A stretch of DNA of 46,362 bases, taken from positions 1-46,362 of the forward strand of contig JAUCBJ010004585.1 in the NCBI GenBank assembly GCA_032718475.1, written 5' to 3'. A program made the position numbers and the translations under genes. Positions 13,756-24,440 of the stretch are shown in pieces (within the stretch, counting starts at the first letter, position 1; every line of letters starts with the position of its first letter). This DNA comes from Nemertoderma westbladi. Lineage: Eukaryota; Animalia; Xenacoelomorpha. Below the pieces are notes generated by a model. That model did not search any database. It was not told where the DNA came from and worked only from the letters and a program-made list of their open reading frames with translations.

Positions 13756-13948
13756 AAATATAACAAATGTGGTTCAAGGTCTACACCCTCCAACAGAGGT
13801 ACTAAAAACAAAAGGTATTATTACAGCGAGTTTCTGCCTCTCCTAGGGGCCTTCCTCAGGCCTTATTAAACAGTTCAAAGTAAGAATAACGCATTATTCT
13901 TACTTTTAGAAAATTATGTGTAGACCTTGAACCGCATTTGTTATATTT
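13756..13948 (-). mobile_element. Penelope-like element remnant (inverted terminal segment plus degenerate hammerhead core)
   Basis: 31-bp inverted repeat aaatataacaaatgtggttcaaggtctacac (13756-13786 / 13918-13948). The minus strand has CTGAGGA-ag-gcc...ggc-a-GAAAC at 13859-13830. It is absent from the paralogous flank in copy B. Confidence 0.6.
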
Positions 13949-14089
13949 GAATCATCTCCACCTTACCTATAATGTTCTTTAATTACACTGATTAAAAATA
14001 GCAAAAAATTGATTAATTATTCAAGTAAATAATATAACAAATCCAAATATGAATTTATAATCCAGATTAATAATATAATGGCTTGTTGT

Positions 14090-14237
14090 ATGCACGAGGT
14101 ACTAAGTTGTGTGTGCAATAGTGCAAGATACAAAGCTGCGTGCACAAGATAAGCCTAGTAAGTAGTGTTCAAAAGATAAGCCTAGGAATTTGTGTTCAAA
14201 AGATAAGCCTAGTAATTTTTGCGCACAGATACTATGT
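14090..14237. repeat. Degenerate 20-31-bp tandem repeat (caagatactaagttgtgtg-like), split by the RTE insertion and continuing at 16522-16580
   Basis: Recurring gatac/gataagcctag units; the same repeat is uninterrupted in copy B at ~30780-30860. Confidence 0.65.
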
Positions 14238-16521
14238 CGGTCACGCTGGCAATGGAATATACCTTCGACATCATCTGCATCCAAGAACATCGGATTTGTC
14301 ATGAAGACACTGCCATGAAGTACAATGACATTGGAAATGGATTGACGTTAGTAACAAGCTCAGCAGTAAGAAACTCGGCCAATGCATCAATTGGTGGAGT
14401 AGGAATTCTGCTAAGCCCATTTGCACTTAAGACCCTAAACAACATCGAATCTATAAATTCCAGGGTTATGATCGCAACATTTGATGGGAATCCCAAGGCA
14501 ACAAAATATTGCTACAGTCCAACCAATGCCTCAGAGCCAGAACAAGCAGTCAAGGTTTATGAAGATCTGACTGGACTTATAAAGGACATTCCGAAACACA
14601 CTGTTCAAGTCATTGCTGGTGACCTGAGTAACTGATACCATCAAACAACACATTCAAAAAGATTAAGGGGAAGCTATGGACCTTTCAATACCCTAATGGA
14701 ACCAAAGCACAACTGGATTACATCCTCATAAACAAAAAGTGGAGAAAGAGTATGATCAACTGCGAGGCATACAGCTCGTTCAACCTAATTGGTTCGGACC
14801 ACAGAATTGTGACTGCAGAGATCAGACTCAGTCTTTTTTTTACAACATCAGCCATGAAAAGTACATACAGGATAAAATTGAAGCAATTACAACTGCTCAT
14901 ATACAGCAACAATCAAGACTTACCTGGCACACTGTAAATGAGGTATCTGGTCGGAAAAGTTGTGCAAAGGGGCGCCTCAAAGCCGATAGTCCTGAAGAAC
15001 GTGTTGGGAAGTGGAAAAATCACTTCAGCAACTTGCTTGGGCAGCCACCAAACATCGAGGTCAGCCCTACAAGGAAAATATATGACAAAACACTACCTAT
15101 AGAAACAGGTGACTTCACACCTGCCGAACTCCAAAGAAGCATTAAAAGCATGTCCAATAATAAAGCGAGTGGATTAGATGAAATCCCAGCGGAGGTATGG
15201 AAAACCGGAGTGCTAAACAGACCATAATTGAATGTTTGCAACCGGATGTTAAAAGGGGAAAAGCCACCACCAATTTGGACTAAAGGTCAACTAAAGCCTC
15301 TCCCCAAGAAAGGAGACCTTGGCATACCAAAAAACTATCGTGGGATCTGTCTGCTTGTGGTAGCTGCCAAAATATACAATAAAATGATTCTATATAGGAT
15401 TAGGCCTCACATAGAGAAACTACTGCGTAAGAGCCAAAACGGATTTCAACCAAATAGATCAACAATAGGTCAGATACTTGCACTACAGAGACTGATTGAA
15501 GGAATTAAGTCTAAGAATCTCCCCGCAGTCATGACTTTTGTGGACTTCAAGAAGGCATTCGACTCCATCCATAGAGGTAAAATGCTTGAAATCCTAAGAG
15601 CTTATGGAATACCAGAAGTAATTGTTGCTGGCATTAGATTGTCATTATATTGTGGCACAGAAGCGCATGTACTCTCACCAGATGGTGAAACTGAGTTTTT
15701 CTCAATCCTGGCGGGCGTACTGCAAGGTGACACATTAGCACCAGTACTATTTGTAATTGTGCTGGATTACGCAATGATAATACGATAATACGCTAATACG
15801 GTAGCAGATGCACAGCTTCTACTAAATAAAGTGGAGAGGGCTGCTAAGGAGGTTGGATTGCATATAAATGCTACCAAGACCGAATTCATGACCTTTAATG
15901 TTGATGGAAACTTGACAACCATTGATAATAATCAACTAAGGAAGGTCAACGACTTCCAGTACCTTGGATCATGGATAGATAGTAGCAAAAAGGACATAGA
16001 AGTTAGGGAAGCAAAGGCTTGGGTAGCTCTATCAAAAATGGATACCATCTGGAAATCAGATCTCTCCAGGCACCTGAAGACTAAGTTCTTTCGAGCCACA
16101 GTGGAAAGTGTATTTTTATACGGGGGTGAGACCTGGACACTGACTAAATCACTTGAACACCGAATTTATGGTTGCTACACAAGACTACTAAGGGCAGCCC
16201 TAAACATCAGCTGGAGACAACTCATGACAAACGCCAAGCTTTATGGTACAATACCACCTGTATCGACTACCCTCCGTGAAAGCAGATTAAGATTCAGTGG
16301 GCACTGCTGGCGAAGAAAAGACGAAGTCATACCAGATCTACTTTTTTGGAAACCAACTCATGGAAAGCGTAGGCGTGGATGACCGTCCATAACATATATA
16401 GATCAACTTGAAAGGGATACTGAACTTGGGAGACACGAAATTGCGACAACTATGGAGAATCGGGAAGCCTGGAAGGATCTCATTTCCACTGCCCGAGTTC
16501 GCTCGACCTAGTAATACTAGT
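14238..16521 (+). mobile_element. RTE-clade non-LTR retrotransposon, 5'-truncated and decayed (APE endonuclease + RT)
   Basis: ORF fragments show APE motifs (DIICIQEHR, GGVGILLS, YSPT, AGD, SDHR) and RT motifs (NYRGICL, QNGF, FVDFKKAFDS, GVLQGDTLAP, YLGSWI). The FADD segment is deleted near 15780. It has a (tag/taa)-type tail and an 11-bp TSD agatactatgt at 14227-14237 and 16522-16532. Confidence 0.95.
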
Positions 16522-16705
16522 AGATACTATGTTGTCTGTGTAAGATACTAAGTTGTGCGCACATCATACTAAGTTGTATTTATGTACCACTTAAGATAAA
16601 AAATGTTTCCTAATGTCCTTTTAAGGTCTCCATATGAATCTGAATGAAGTATGTTTTAGAATTATTCGCAATTCACATCATCCAATATTCCAACTCCATG
16701 AACAT

Positions 16706-19339
16706 TTACTTCAGTGAATAATTCTGATCTTCCTCTTGCGACTGTTTCTTCATAGCTCTATCGATAAGCTTCACTACAGTTGAAGCAGTGAGAGCAACTT
16801 TTTCTTTCTCTTGAATAGGAGGCATTGAGGCAGTGGGAGCAACTCTTTCTTTCTTTTGTAAATGTGGCAATTTATCCCAATATTTGGCTTTTCGAATCAT
16901 CCCATAATCTTCTGTATCATTCACGTATTTTAATATCTCATATTTACCCAAAGAGCGATCAATGGCCATCACTGCGTGTTCATTTCCACTCACAGATATA
17001 TATATGTATAAGAACAACCTGCGGATGTGTCTCACGCCCCACATTCTCCAAATCCCTTTATATCTTGGGCGAAAATTTGATTTCACATTGCCACAATCAT
17101 CAACATTATTCTTAACCACGTCCGTTTGCCAATTGCAGCCGCACTTGCTTTGTTTTAATGTTACCCTATCCTTGGCAGCTGTACATTTCATTTGCCTTGC
17201 AGTAGAGATTAACAATAAAGTGCTTTGACCTTCTCTAAACAACCGGGTTTGTCGAATACATACACATGGAATCCCCCAGCTGTACATATACAACCTTTCC
17301 ATCCCCATTATAAATCGAAGACGCATTTTTTCGCAATAGGCTTGTGATTGTTCCAGAATATGTTTTGTGTCATGTATAGCATAACCCAAAATTACATTCA
17401 TCAAAGCGACAACCACCACAAATAAAAAAACCAAAAACAAGAAATGGGCAGCAACACTATGTGCCGGCTTCATTGCTACTCTTGCCGTTTCGTTAGTCAG
17501 CTGATATTCAGCGCCAGCCGAAATCGCACCTAAAGTATCAAAAACAGAATAGCCTTGGCCTTCATTGAAGAGAATATCCATAGCAGCTGCAAAAGAACCA
17601 ATAAGAAAAACAAAGTACAATGTTATATGTGCCAAGTTCTTGACAATCTTTCTGTATACAATAACATGCTCACCAATACGTAGAGCTTTTATCTGCGAAC
17701 ATGATAATGTAAAGGCAACACTGCTGAAAACAATAGCCATGGCAGCAGCTTCTATGAAGTAAGCATCCTTCTCTTTATCATATGGAGTATCCTTTTGTGT
17801 CACCAGCATCCATCCAGACAATATCACTACAGCCCATTCTAAAATATTCTCAAGGTCAAGGAAATACTCTTTCTTTCTTGACACACATAACTGTAAGAAC
17901 TCAATCACAGTCATTAATATTGTTATGCCCAGTAAAGTATACCAATTAACATGATATTCGACCTCGTCGACAATGTCTTTACATTCCTTTTTGACATTGG
18001 TGTTGGTTATATATGTGGTGTTGGTTGTGTTGGTGTTGTTTGTGTCATTATTCTCATTGCTATATGTTGTACAGCGCCATATCATTATAACATTCCACGT
18101 TATAATACAAAAATGGAAAAGGGAGCATAATATCAATAAACGGTATATCCATGATACTTTCTGCCATTTCATTTCAATTAAGGCTGAAACATAGGGATGT
18201 TTAAATAATACCTCATTGCCAGGTTTTGATGTGATTATTTCTAGAGGTTCAAGTTCTAGACAATTTAGACGATATGTGTCCGTGCCACAGCATGTTTTAT
18301 CAGAACTCACTGATTTCATGAGATCCATGTCGATTGTTACCCATTTATTTCTACCAAAACTAGGTTCAGGTTCAGGTTCACCTTTCAACAAACCCTCCAT
18401 ATCGAGATCATTCCTATCCTGCAATAAATTAACGCATTTATTGAAAATATCTTCCCATTCCCAAGTTGTGATTGTTTCCAAATCTTCAGTTGACAAGTCA
18501 GCCAAATGTATTATGTCATCTTCATATCCTTTCCTTAATCTTCGTCCTCTAGACATCATGAAATGGACAATAAGAATAACGCGTTGATATTCTTTACCAA
18601 CTTTAACTGGTGTCTGACCCAGATAGTTTTTCTCATTTGCATTTACACCTTTGTCAGAGAGTAGCTCTACTATACTCACTGGCGCATCATACTTAAATGC
18701 AATATGTAATGAATTATTGCCTTCTTTATCTGTCGCTTTAACATCTGCACCAGAATCTAGAAGCTTGTTGAGTGCTGCCAGATGACCGCCCATGATGGCA
18801 TAGTGGAGAGCGGTGAATCCTTTGAGAGTAGGCACATCCACTTGTTCTTTAATATTTCTCTTTTCTAACAAAGTATTTAAAATACTTTCATTTCCGTGTA
18901 ATGCGGCATTATGGAGAGCAGTTTGGCCTTGGTCATCTGATGCTGTGGGATCAGCATTGTTGTCTAACAACAGCTGGACTATCCTGGTATGGCCATTGCG
19001 ACAGGCAATCAGTAGTGCATCATTCTTATCCATAATGGAAACTAGTTCTGGACCCTGGCATAAACCCTCATCTAGCAACCAATTTGTTATGTCATAATGT
19101 CCACACCTGGAAGCAATGTGTAAAATAATAGGAAATGGCAAGGGCCCTTCCATCTCCTTCAAAGCCTTTAAGTTGCCTTTTATACAAGCATCTTCATAAT
19201 TATTAGAAGATTTCTTTGCATTGTTGGGATATTTGTGTGGCATATCGATGTATGAGTCATTTGATTTTTGAACCTCACCATCTGTAAATAATATGGGTGA
19301 AGATGACATAGCTCTCTTAGCACAATTCAATAACAACAT
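16706..19339 (-). CDS. TRPA-family transient receptor potential channel, copy A (877 aa; ankyrin repeats + 6TM ion-transport domain), uninterrupted ORF
   Basis: About 5 clear and 2 degenerate ankyrin repeats (e.g. TALHYAIMGGHLAALNKLLDSGADV), then TRPA-type motifs LFKHPYVSALIEMKW, EFLQL..KEYFLDLENILEW and LMNVILGYAIHDT (cf. TRPA1 LMNLLIGLAVGDI). The ATG shared by both paralogs is at 19309, so the true start may be there. Confidence 0.92.
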   Translation of the reverse strand: MLLLNCAKRAMSSSPILFTDGEVQKSNDSYIDMPHKYPNNAKKSSNNYEDACIKGNLKALKEMEGPLPFPIILHIASRCGHYDITNWLLDEGLCQGPELVSIMDKNDALLIACRNGHTRIVQLLLDNNADPTASDDQGQTALHNAALHGNESILNTLLEKRNIKEQVDVPTLKGFTALHYAIMGGHLAALNKLLDSGADVKATDKEGNNSLHIAFKYDAPVSIVELLSDKGVNANEKNYLGQTPVKVGKEYQRVILIVHFMMSRGRRLRKGYEDDIIHLADLSTEDLETITTWEWEDIFNKCVNLLQDRNDLDMEGLLKGEPEPEPSFGRNKWVTIDMDLMKSVSSDKTCCGTDTYRLNCLELEPLEIITSKPGNEVLFKHPYVSALIEMKWQKVSWIYRLLILCSLFHFCIITWNVIMIWRCTTYSNENNDTNNTNTTNTTYITNTNVKKECKDIVDEVEYHVNWYTLLGITILMTVIEFLQLCVSRKKEYFLDLENILEWAVVILSGWMLVTQKDTPYDKEKDAYFIEAAAMAIVFSSVAFTLSCSQIKALRIGEHVIVYRKIVKNLAHITLYFVFLIGSFAAAMDILFNEGQGYSVFDTLGAISAGAEYQLTNETARVAMKPAHSVAAHFLFLVFLFVVVVALMNVILGYAIHDTKHILEQSQAYCEKMRLRFIMGMERLYMYSWGIPCVCIRQTRLFREGQSTLLLISTARQMKCTAAKDRVTLKQSKCGCNWQTDVVKNNVDDCGNVKSNFRPRYKGIWRMWGVRHIRRLFLYIYISVSGNEHAVMAIDRSLGKYEILKYVNDTEDYGMIRKAKYWDKLPHLQKKERVAPTASMPPIQEKEKVALTASTVVKLIDRAMKKQSQEEDQNYSLK

Positions 19340-19989
19340 ACAGTAACTATAACTTAACTATTTTGTATTATAGACAATGGTTCTCTAAAATAAAATTGAC
19401 AAATTTGAAAATACTTATGTTGGTTGTACTGGAACAAGTTTTCATTCATTTTCGGTACACTACGGTTACACATGATACCTGTAATAGCTGAGGGTTATCT
19501 TCAGTTTCTATTGCCTGTAAGTTTATCAGTGTCTCCCCACACTCGACTCTGTGCTACTTATTTAGGGACGTGCAAGTCAAGTGTTGAATTACATAGGATT
19601 ATATTATGAAATTGATGATTTGCGTCGCACTTCCTGGTGCCTTCAATCAAATCAATCAGAGAGGAACCCACAGGCCCTAAGGGTTGATTTTTTTGTTTCA
19701 TTTTCTGATAACGCTCTCGGTATAATAAACCCACCACCAGTTTAGGTACAGTGCGTAATTAGGGTTATGGATCGGCGGTGCTAGGTTTGGAGTTCAAATA
19801 TTTCTTATTTGACTTATTTATTTATTATATTATTTTTGGACTTATTTATTTTAAGTTTTATTTTATTTTTAATTTAGATTGGATATGGATATGGCAAGGA
19901 ATGTTTGGTAAGTTAGTGCTTCCTTTCTTACTTTTAAGTTCTTTTATTTTGCCACCAGTGTAACAAATATGTAAATGGATCTGGTAACC

Positions 19990-20388
19990 CTGTAAAGTCA
20001 GTGCATAACAAGGTAAGACAAGCAATTGCACCTGGAACCATCTGAAATGAACTGCAAGAAAGTAGAACGTGTAGTGTCAATAATTTCTTCAGAAAAACGT
20101 GCATGTGATTGGCTGGTCAGTGCTGGTCTGATGGTCTTAACGAAGATTTTACATACAATATAAACTTTGACATGTAAGGAATGGTCCGCAACTGGAACGA
20201 GCACGAGCTAGAGTGGCCATACCTAGGAACTATCTCACTTTTGGAGCAGGAACCACATCCTAGTTTAAAAGTCAGGCAGGAGGAATTGTCTAGAATAAGG
20301 TGGAAAGATCCACAAACTATGTATATCAAAATCGAAGTGGTTAGTAGAGAAACTGCCTGGAAGGAGCTCGCGATCTGAGGGTCTATCT
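19990..20388 (-). mobile_element. Possible highly decayed LINE fragment (post-RT region)
   Basis: The minus-strand translation KIFVKTIRPALTSQSH resembles the LINE YKxxIRPxLEYAS motif; weak support. Confidence 0.3.
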
Positions 20389-20392
20389 TTAA

Positions 20393-21445
20393 CCCTATTA
20401 CCACTACCTGTATCGGCCCCTTCCTAGTTTTTAGTTGCTGTAACTATGCAACCACCACATTACGTACCGGCCCAATTTTTATTGAGAATTAGCCAAATTT
20501 AATGCCGCATCTTTTGCAAAAAATGACGTTGCAATTGGATTTCTACTTTTCGATGTGGGTGCCACCTCAAAATTTGGTCTCCCGCACCAAATTTTTTGAA
20601 ATTTTCGAATTTTACAAAGTCATTCGTGATTTAGTAATTATTTATGTTTGGGCTATTTTTATTGGTTTGGATCACTCTAATGCCTATACAAGTATGTAAG
20701 TGTAGTGGTACGTCATTTTTGGAGCACCAAAATTAGGGCGGGGCACTTTAAAATTTCAAAATTACTTTATTCGGAAAATTTACTAAAGTTTTGATTTCGA
20801 AGCATTTTTATTGGTTTTCTGGAGCGCTGAATCGATTGAAAGTAATATACAGTAGAAGCCTGAAGACTTAGTGGTTCGCCATTTTTGGTGCACAAAAATT
20901 TTTCATTTCATTTTTCGAAATTTTAAGTGACACGCCCTAATTTTGGTACATCAAAAATGGCTAACCACTAAGTCTTCAGACTTCTATATTACTTTCAATC
21001 GATTCAGCGGCCCAGAAAACCTATAAAGATGCGTTGAAATAAAAAATTAGGGGCATTTTCTGAATATCTAATTTTTCAAAATTTGAAGTGCCACGCCCAC
21101 TTCTTAGGTGCACGAAAAATAGCATCCAATTCAATTTTTGGAAATGGAATATAATCACATTCGATTGTTCTAGCACACTGTCACACTATTAGTTTTTAGA
21201 AAACGAAAAATTTTGTAATTTTGTCCTGGGACTACTTTTATTTTTCATTAAAATTATGATTCCCTGCTTATGAAATTTTAACTTTTTAAGGTTTGGTAGT
21301 GTTCATCTATAGTTGTTTCACCAACAGCCCAAATTTTGTAGGATTTTATTGGACGATTACAAAAATATAGTGGGTGGAACGAATCGCCCCCCCCCCCCCC
21401 CCCCCCAGTGGTGCTAATGGTCAAAACACCCCAGTGGTAATAGGG
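20393..21445. mobile_element. piggyBac-type MITE (~1.05 kb)
   Basis: TTAA TSD at 20389-20392 and 21446-21449; TIR ccctattaccact / agtggtaataggg; internal inverted repeats; no ORF. The empty site is visible in copy B at ~38495. Confidence 0.93.
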
Positions 21446-22265
21446 TTAACGAGCTGTTCTGGTTGTCTGACGATCTGTCAGGAACGGTCTAGCAGTTTAA
21501 GCATCTGTTTGGAATGACCTTGTTTGCCAATGATCAGGTCTTACTGCTGTTAGTGCTTACTTTTGACGGTGCAATAAGTTAAATTCAAGGAACCTCTTTT
21601 TGAAACGGCCTAACTTAGTAGTGCTGCAATCTTCTACTATCACTACATACATACTAACGTCGATTGGAAATTAAAATGTTTTACAGTGTTCTACCGATTA
21701 TGCTGTTTTGGTATACGCCTAATATACATTAATTAATGTATGTACAGTATATCACACTAAGCATAAGTCAAATAGATCTTAAAGTCTAGCATATCTTAAT
21801 GCTATCTTAATACAGCATAGTTCAGTAATATTTTAAGTTCCGTACAAAATTTTAAACTCAATTATTTTTAATAGTTTAATTTGACATTTAATGAAACAAT
21901 AGTTCCATACCTGTATTTATATTCAGTTCTGGCAGTACTAGTTGGTTCAGAAGGCCTACATTGATATGTTGTTGGCAACCATTTCCAGACATTTATACCC
22001 CAGATTGACTAGGCCTATATAATCTGGTCTACTAGACTGTCTTATTTAATCCGGCAGTATTATTGTTGTTTAACAAGTTATATTGTTTGTTAACGGCTCA
22101 ATTAATTCCGGTATGTGATCACACAATACACAATGAGGCCATTTCCGGTCCTAGACAGCACTACCCTTTTGTTTGAAGTAGTTCCTCGCCCTGAGCACCG
22201 TCGTATGCATAATAAAGGAAGGATAAAGTGATCTTTAGGTGCCGCTGTAATTATATCATATAAAT

Positions 22266-22325
22266 GCCAGATATTTCAACCAAAAATTGTAAACAAATAC
22301 AATTAAACAGGCCTTCTTCAGTGGC
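22266..22325 (-). ncRNA. Minimal type I hammerhead ribozyme motif (copy 1, canonical)
   Basis: The minus strand reads gcca-CUGAAGA-a-ggcc[...aauugua/uacaauu hairpin...]gguu-GAAA-UA-UC-uggc. Stem I is gcca/uggc, stem II is ggcc/gguu, stem III is the short palindrome AUAU, and the cleavage site is UC. Confidence 0.8.
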
Positions 22326-22493
22326 TCTGGTACCTAATGAACCTAACTACGGAAACTCTTCAACACGACCGGACCGAGCAACAGCAGAACAAATAGTACC
22401 GGTATCGTATGAAGTATGTACTGCACATACAGTATAAATGTTGTCTTTGATAAAGTGATCTTTAGGTGCCGCTGTATTATATCATATATAAAT

Positions 22494-22558
22494 GCCAGAT
22501 ATTTCAACCAAAAATTGTAAACACATACAATTAAACAGGCCTTCTTTTCTTCAGTGGC
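22494..22558 (-). ncRNA. Hammerhead ribozyme motif (copy 2, 5-nt insertion after the core)
   Basis: As copy 1 but CUGAAGA-aaaga-aggcc. Confidence 0.6.
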
Positions 22559-22726
22559 TCTGGTACCTAATGAACCTAACTACGGAAACTCTACAACACG
22601 ACCGGACCGAGCAACAGCAGAACAAATAGTACCGGTATCGTATGAAGTATGTACTGCACATACAGTATAAATGTTGTCTTTGATAAAGTGATCTTTAGGT
22701 GCCGCTGTATTATATCATATATAAAT

Positions 22727-22791
22727 GCCAGATATTTCAACCAAAAATTGTAAACACATACAATTAAACAGGCCTTCTTTTCTTCAGTGGC
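22727..22791 (-). ncRNA. Hammerhead ribozyme motif (copy 3, 5-nt insertion after the core)
   Basis: Matches copy 2, 233 bp downstream. Confidence 0.6.
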
Positions 22792-23009
22792 TCTGGTACC
22801 TAATGAACCTAACTACGGAAACTCTACAACACGGCCGGACCGCTGGACCGAGCAACAGCAGAACAAATAGTACCGGTATCGTGAAGTACTGCACATACGT
22901 ATATGTTGTCGCACCTAAAGATCACTTTATCCTTCCTTTATTGTACTACCCTTTTCCAGCACTTTCATTGTTTCTGTTTACATTGTTATAGCCAATAAGA
23001 TATTATCAC

Positions 23010-23387
23010 TGGCTGACCGGAGCTCTCTCTGCTCGGTGTCCTGCAGCATTATTAGTTTGTTTTTGGTTGGCTGGCTAGGTTGGTCGGTCAATCATGAACG
23101 TGATGGAACCAAACTTAGTACAAGTAGTCAAACGGTTAGAAATTCTCCACACTGGTAGACTTTTATAGTTCCTCTGTCTGCCAAGAGGGGGCGAATTGAC
23201 AGAAACCTAAAAGTACCTGTAATTATTGAACCAACCATCAGATTAATCTGAAATTTGGTAGTAGTAAGAGTAACCTACGAATATTGCTTGATTAGAAATT
23301 CTACACACAGACAGAATTTTACAGTTCCTCTATCTACCGCTAGGGGGCAATTGTCAGAGCTCCAGTTCATCGTGCTTAGCACTGTTT
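23010..23387 (+). mobile_element. Helentron-associated non-autonomous element (HINE/DINE-1-like)
   Basis: Sub-terminal inverted repeat accggagctct (23016-23026) / agagctccagt (23356-23366); 5' fold-back accggagc...gctcggt; GGTT/GGCT/GGTC microsatellite; two ~155-bp core repeats; 3' hairpin gtgcttagcac followed by a T-rich end. Confidence 0.7.
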
Positions 23388-23559
23388 AATGATTATTATA
23401 TTTATTTCATCCATTAATACAAAATACTTATACTAAAATTACTGGACATATCTACAGTATAAATCTATATATGCGTTAAAGAATGTATAGACATTATAAC
23501 AATTGTTAATAAATTTAATGCATCTCAAATGGGTGCTTGGTATGCTATTTACTGCAGCT

Positions 23560-24250
23560 ACAGTATAACCATGCTATCTGACGAGTTAAGTTTTTTAGTT
23601 AAACTCGCTAACTCCTCCCTTTTACGCCTTGGTCTCCCTCGTTTCTCACTCTCTTTTCTTCTACTGTATTTCCTTACATTTCTCTCGCCACTTTTAACCC
23701 TTTCTCTTGCATTTCTATCGATGTATTTTCCCGGGCTATAACTGAGGATGGTACTGACCCGCCACTCGCTTCACTCCCATTTGCATTGCTGATGGAATCC
23801 TCGAGGTTTAACCCCTCGAATTCCACCTCTGTAGGACTACGTATTAATACACCTACAACTATAAACTTTAAATTCACCTTACCTTAACTGTGCCCAAAAT
23901 AGATGTTTTCACAGCCTGGACTTTCTCTGGTTCGCAAATTTGTGCTAATTTGTACAAATGATAGTTTATTCAACTCAAATGTTTACTTAACTGCCTTGGT
24001 TCAGGCATCATGGAGTTCTCAAACATATCATCTCCCATCTCTCGTAGGATCTTGTCCTCATCTTCCTTCCTGGGCCATCTTCCTCTTGCGGTGGTTAAAA
24101 GGATCGTGTCGTCGTAGTCGACAGTAGTCATCCCTGACTTGTAGGAGGTAGACTCACCCCACTGATGGCGCCGGAGTCTCTGGGAAGCAGAGGTCGAATC
24201 ACAACCCCGCTCCACCCGTCGCCCTCTGTTGCTGGTGCCTAACAGTCACC
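23560..24250 (-). other. Decayed coding-like segment, possibly a retroelement ORF1/5' region
   Basis: Higher GC, purine-rich minus strand with broken ORFs (23970-24215, 23674-23877); no diagnostic motif recognised. Confidence 0.25.
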
Positions 24251-24362
24251 ATCAAATGTTAGATTATATCTAACATCACTTGTCACTATAAGGGGACTTT
24301 CTTCATGCGTGGTGAAAATATCGAAAGTTCCTTATCCGATTCCTGAGCGTTCCGCTACCTGA

Positions 24363-24440
24363 ATATTGACCTTTCCCTTTATTCCCCTTTCCCTTTATTG
24401 ACATTTCCCTTTATTGACCTTTCCCTATTGACCTTCCCAC
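24363..24440. repeat. Short tandem repeat tattgacctttccctt, ~5 degenerate copies
   Basis: Directly visible. Confidence 0.8.

Larger units (their letters stand above)
19385..21910 (-). other. Candidate 5'-UTR intron of TRPA copy A
   Basis: Minus-strand acceptor tttgtcaattttattttag|agaacc (AG at 19386-19385), 75 bp before the shared ATG. Candidate donor cag|gtatgg at 21911/21910 lies in a block conserved with copy B. No transcript evidence. Confidence 0.4.
22171..22944 (-). mobile_element. Penelope-like / retrozyme-like non-autonomous insert: three tandem ~228-233-bp repeats plus an inverted terminal segment
   Basis: 11-bp TSD actaccctttt (22160-22170, 22945-22955); 32-bp inverted repeat at 22211-22242 / 22911-22942; each repeat carries a hammerhead motif. 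Copy B has the empty site (~39310). Confidence 0.85.
13530..22990. repeat. Segmental duplication copy A (paralogous to ~30480-39340)
   Basis: Collinear similarity in the 3' flank (13530-14070 vs 30480-30740), the TRPA ORF, 20213-20390 vs 37260-37440, and 21450-22170 vs 38500-39320, interrupted by copy-specific TE insertions. Confidence 0.92.

Noticed and set aside
14219-16382. RT ORFs as an active element or a prokaryote-type RT defence system
   Set aside because: They are fragmented by stops, frameshifts and deletions (the catalytic FADD is missing here). The APE domain, tail and TSD identify an ordinary dead LINE.
16825-19097. Short + strand ORFs overlapping TRPA copy A (and 31105-33311 over copy B)
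   Set aside because: Antisense shadows of the real CDS with no recognisable domains.
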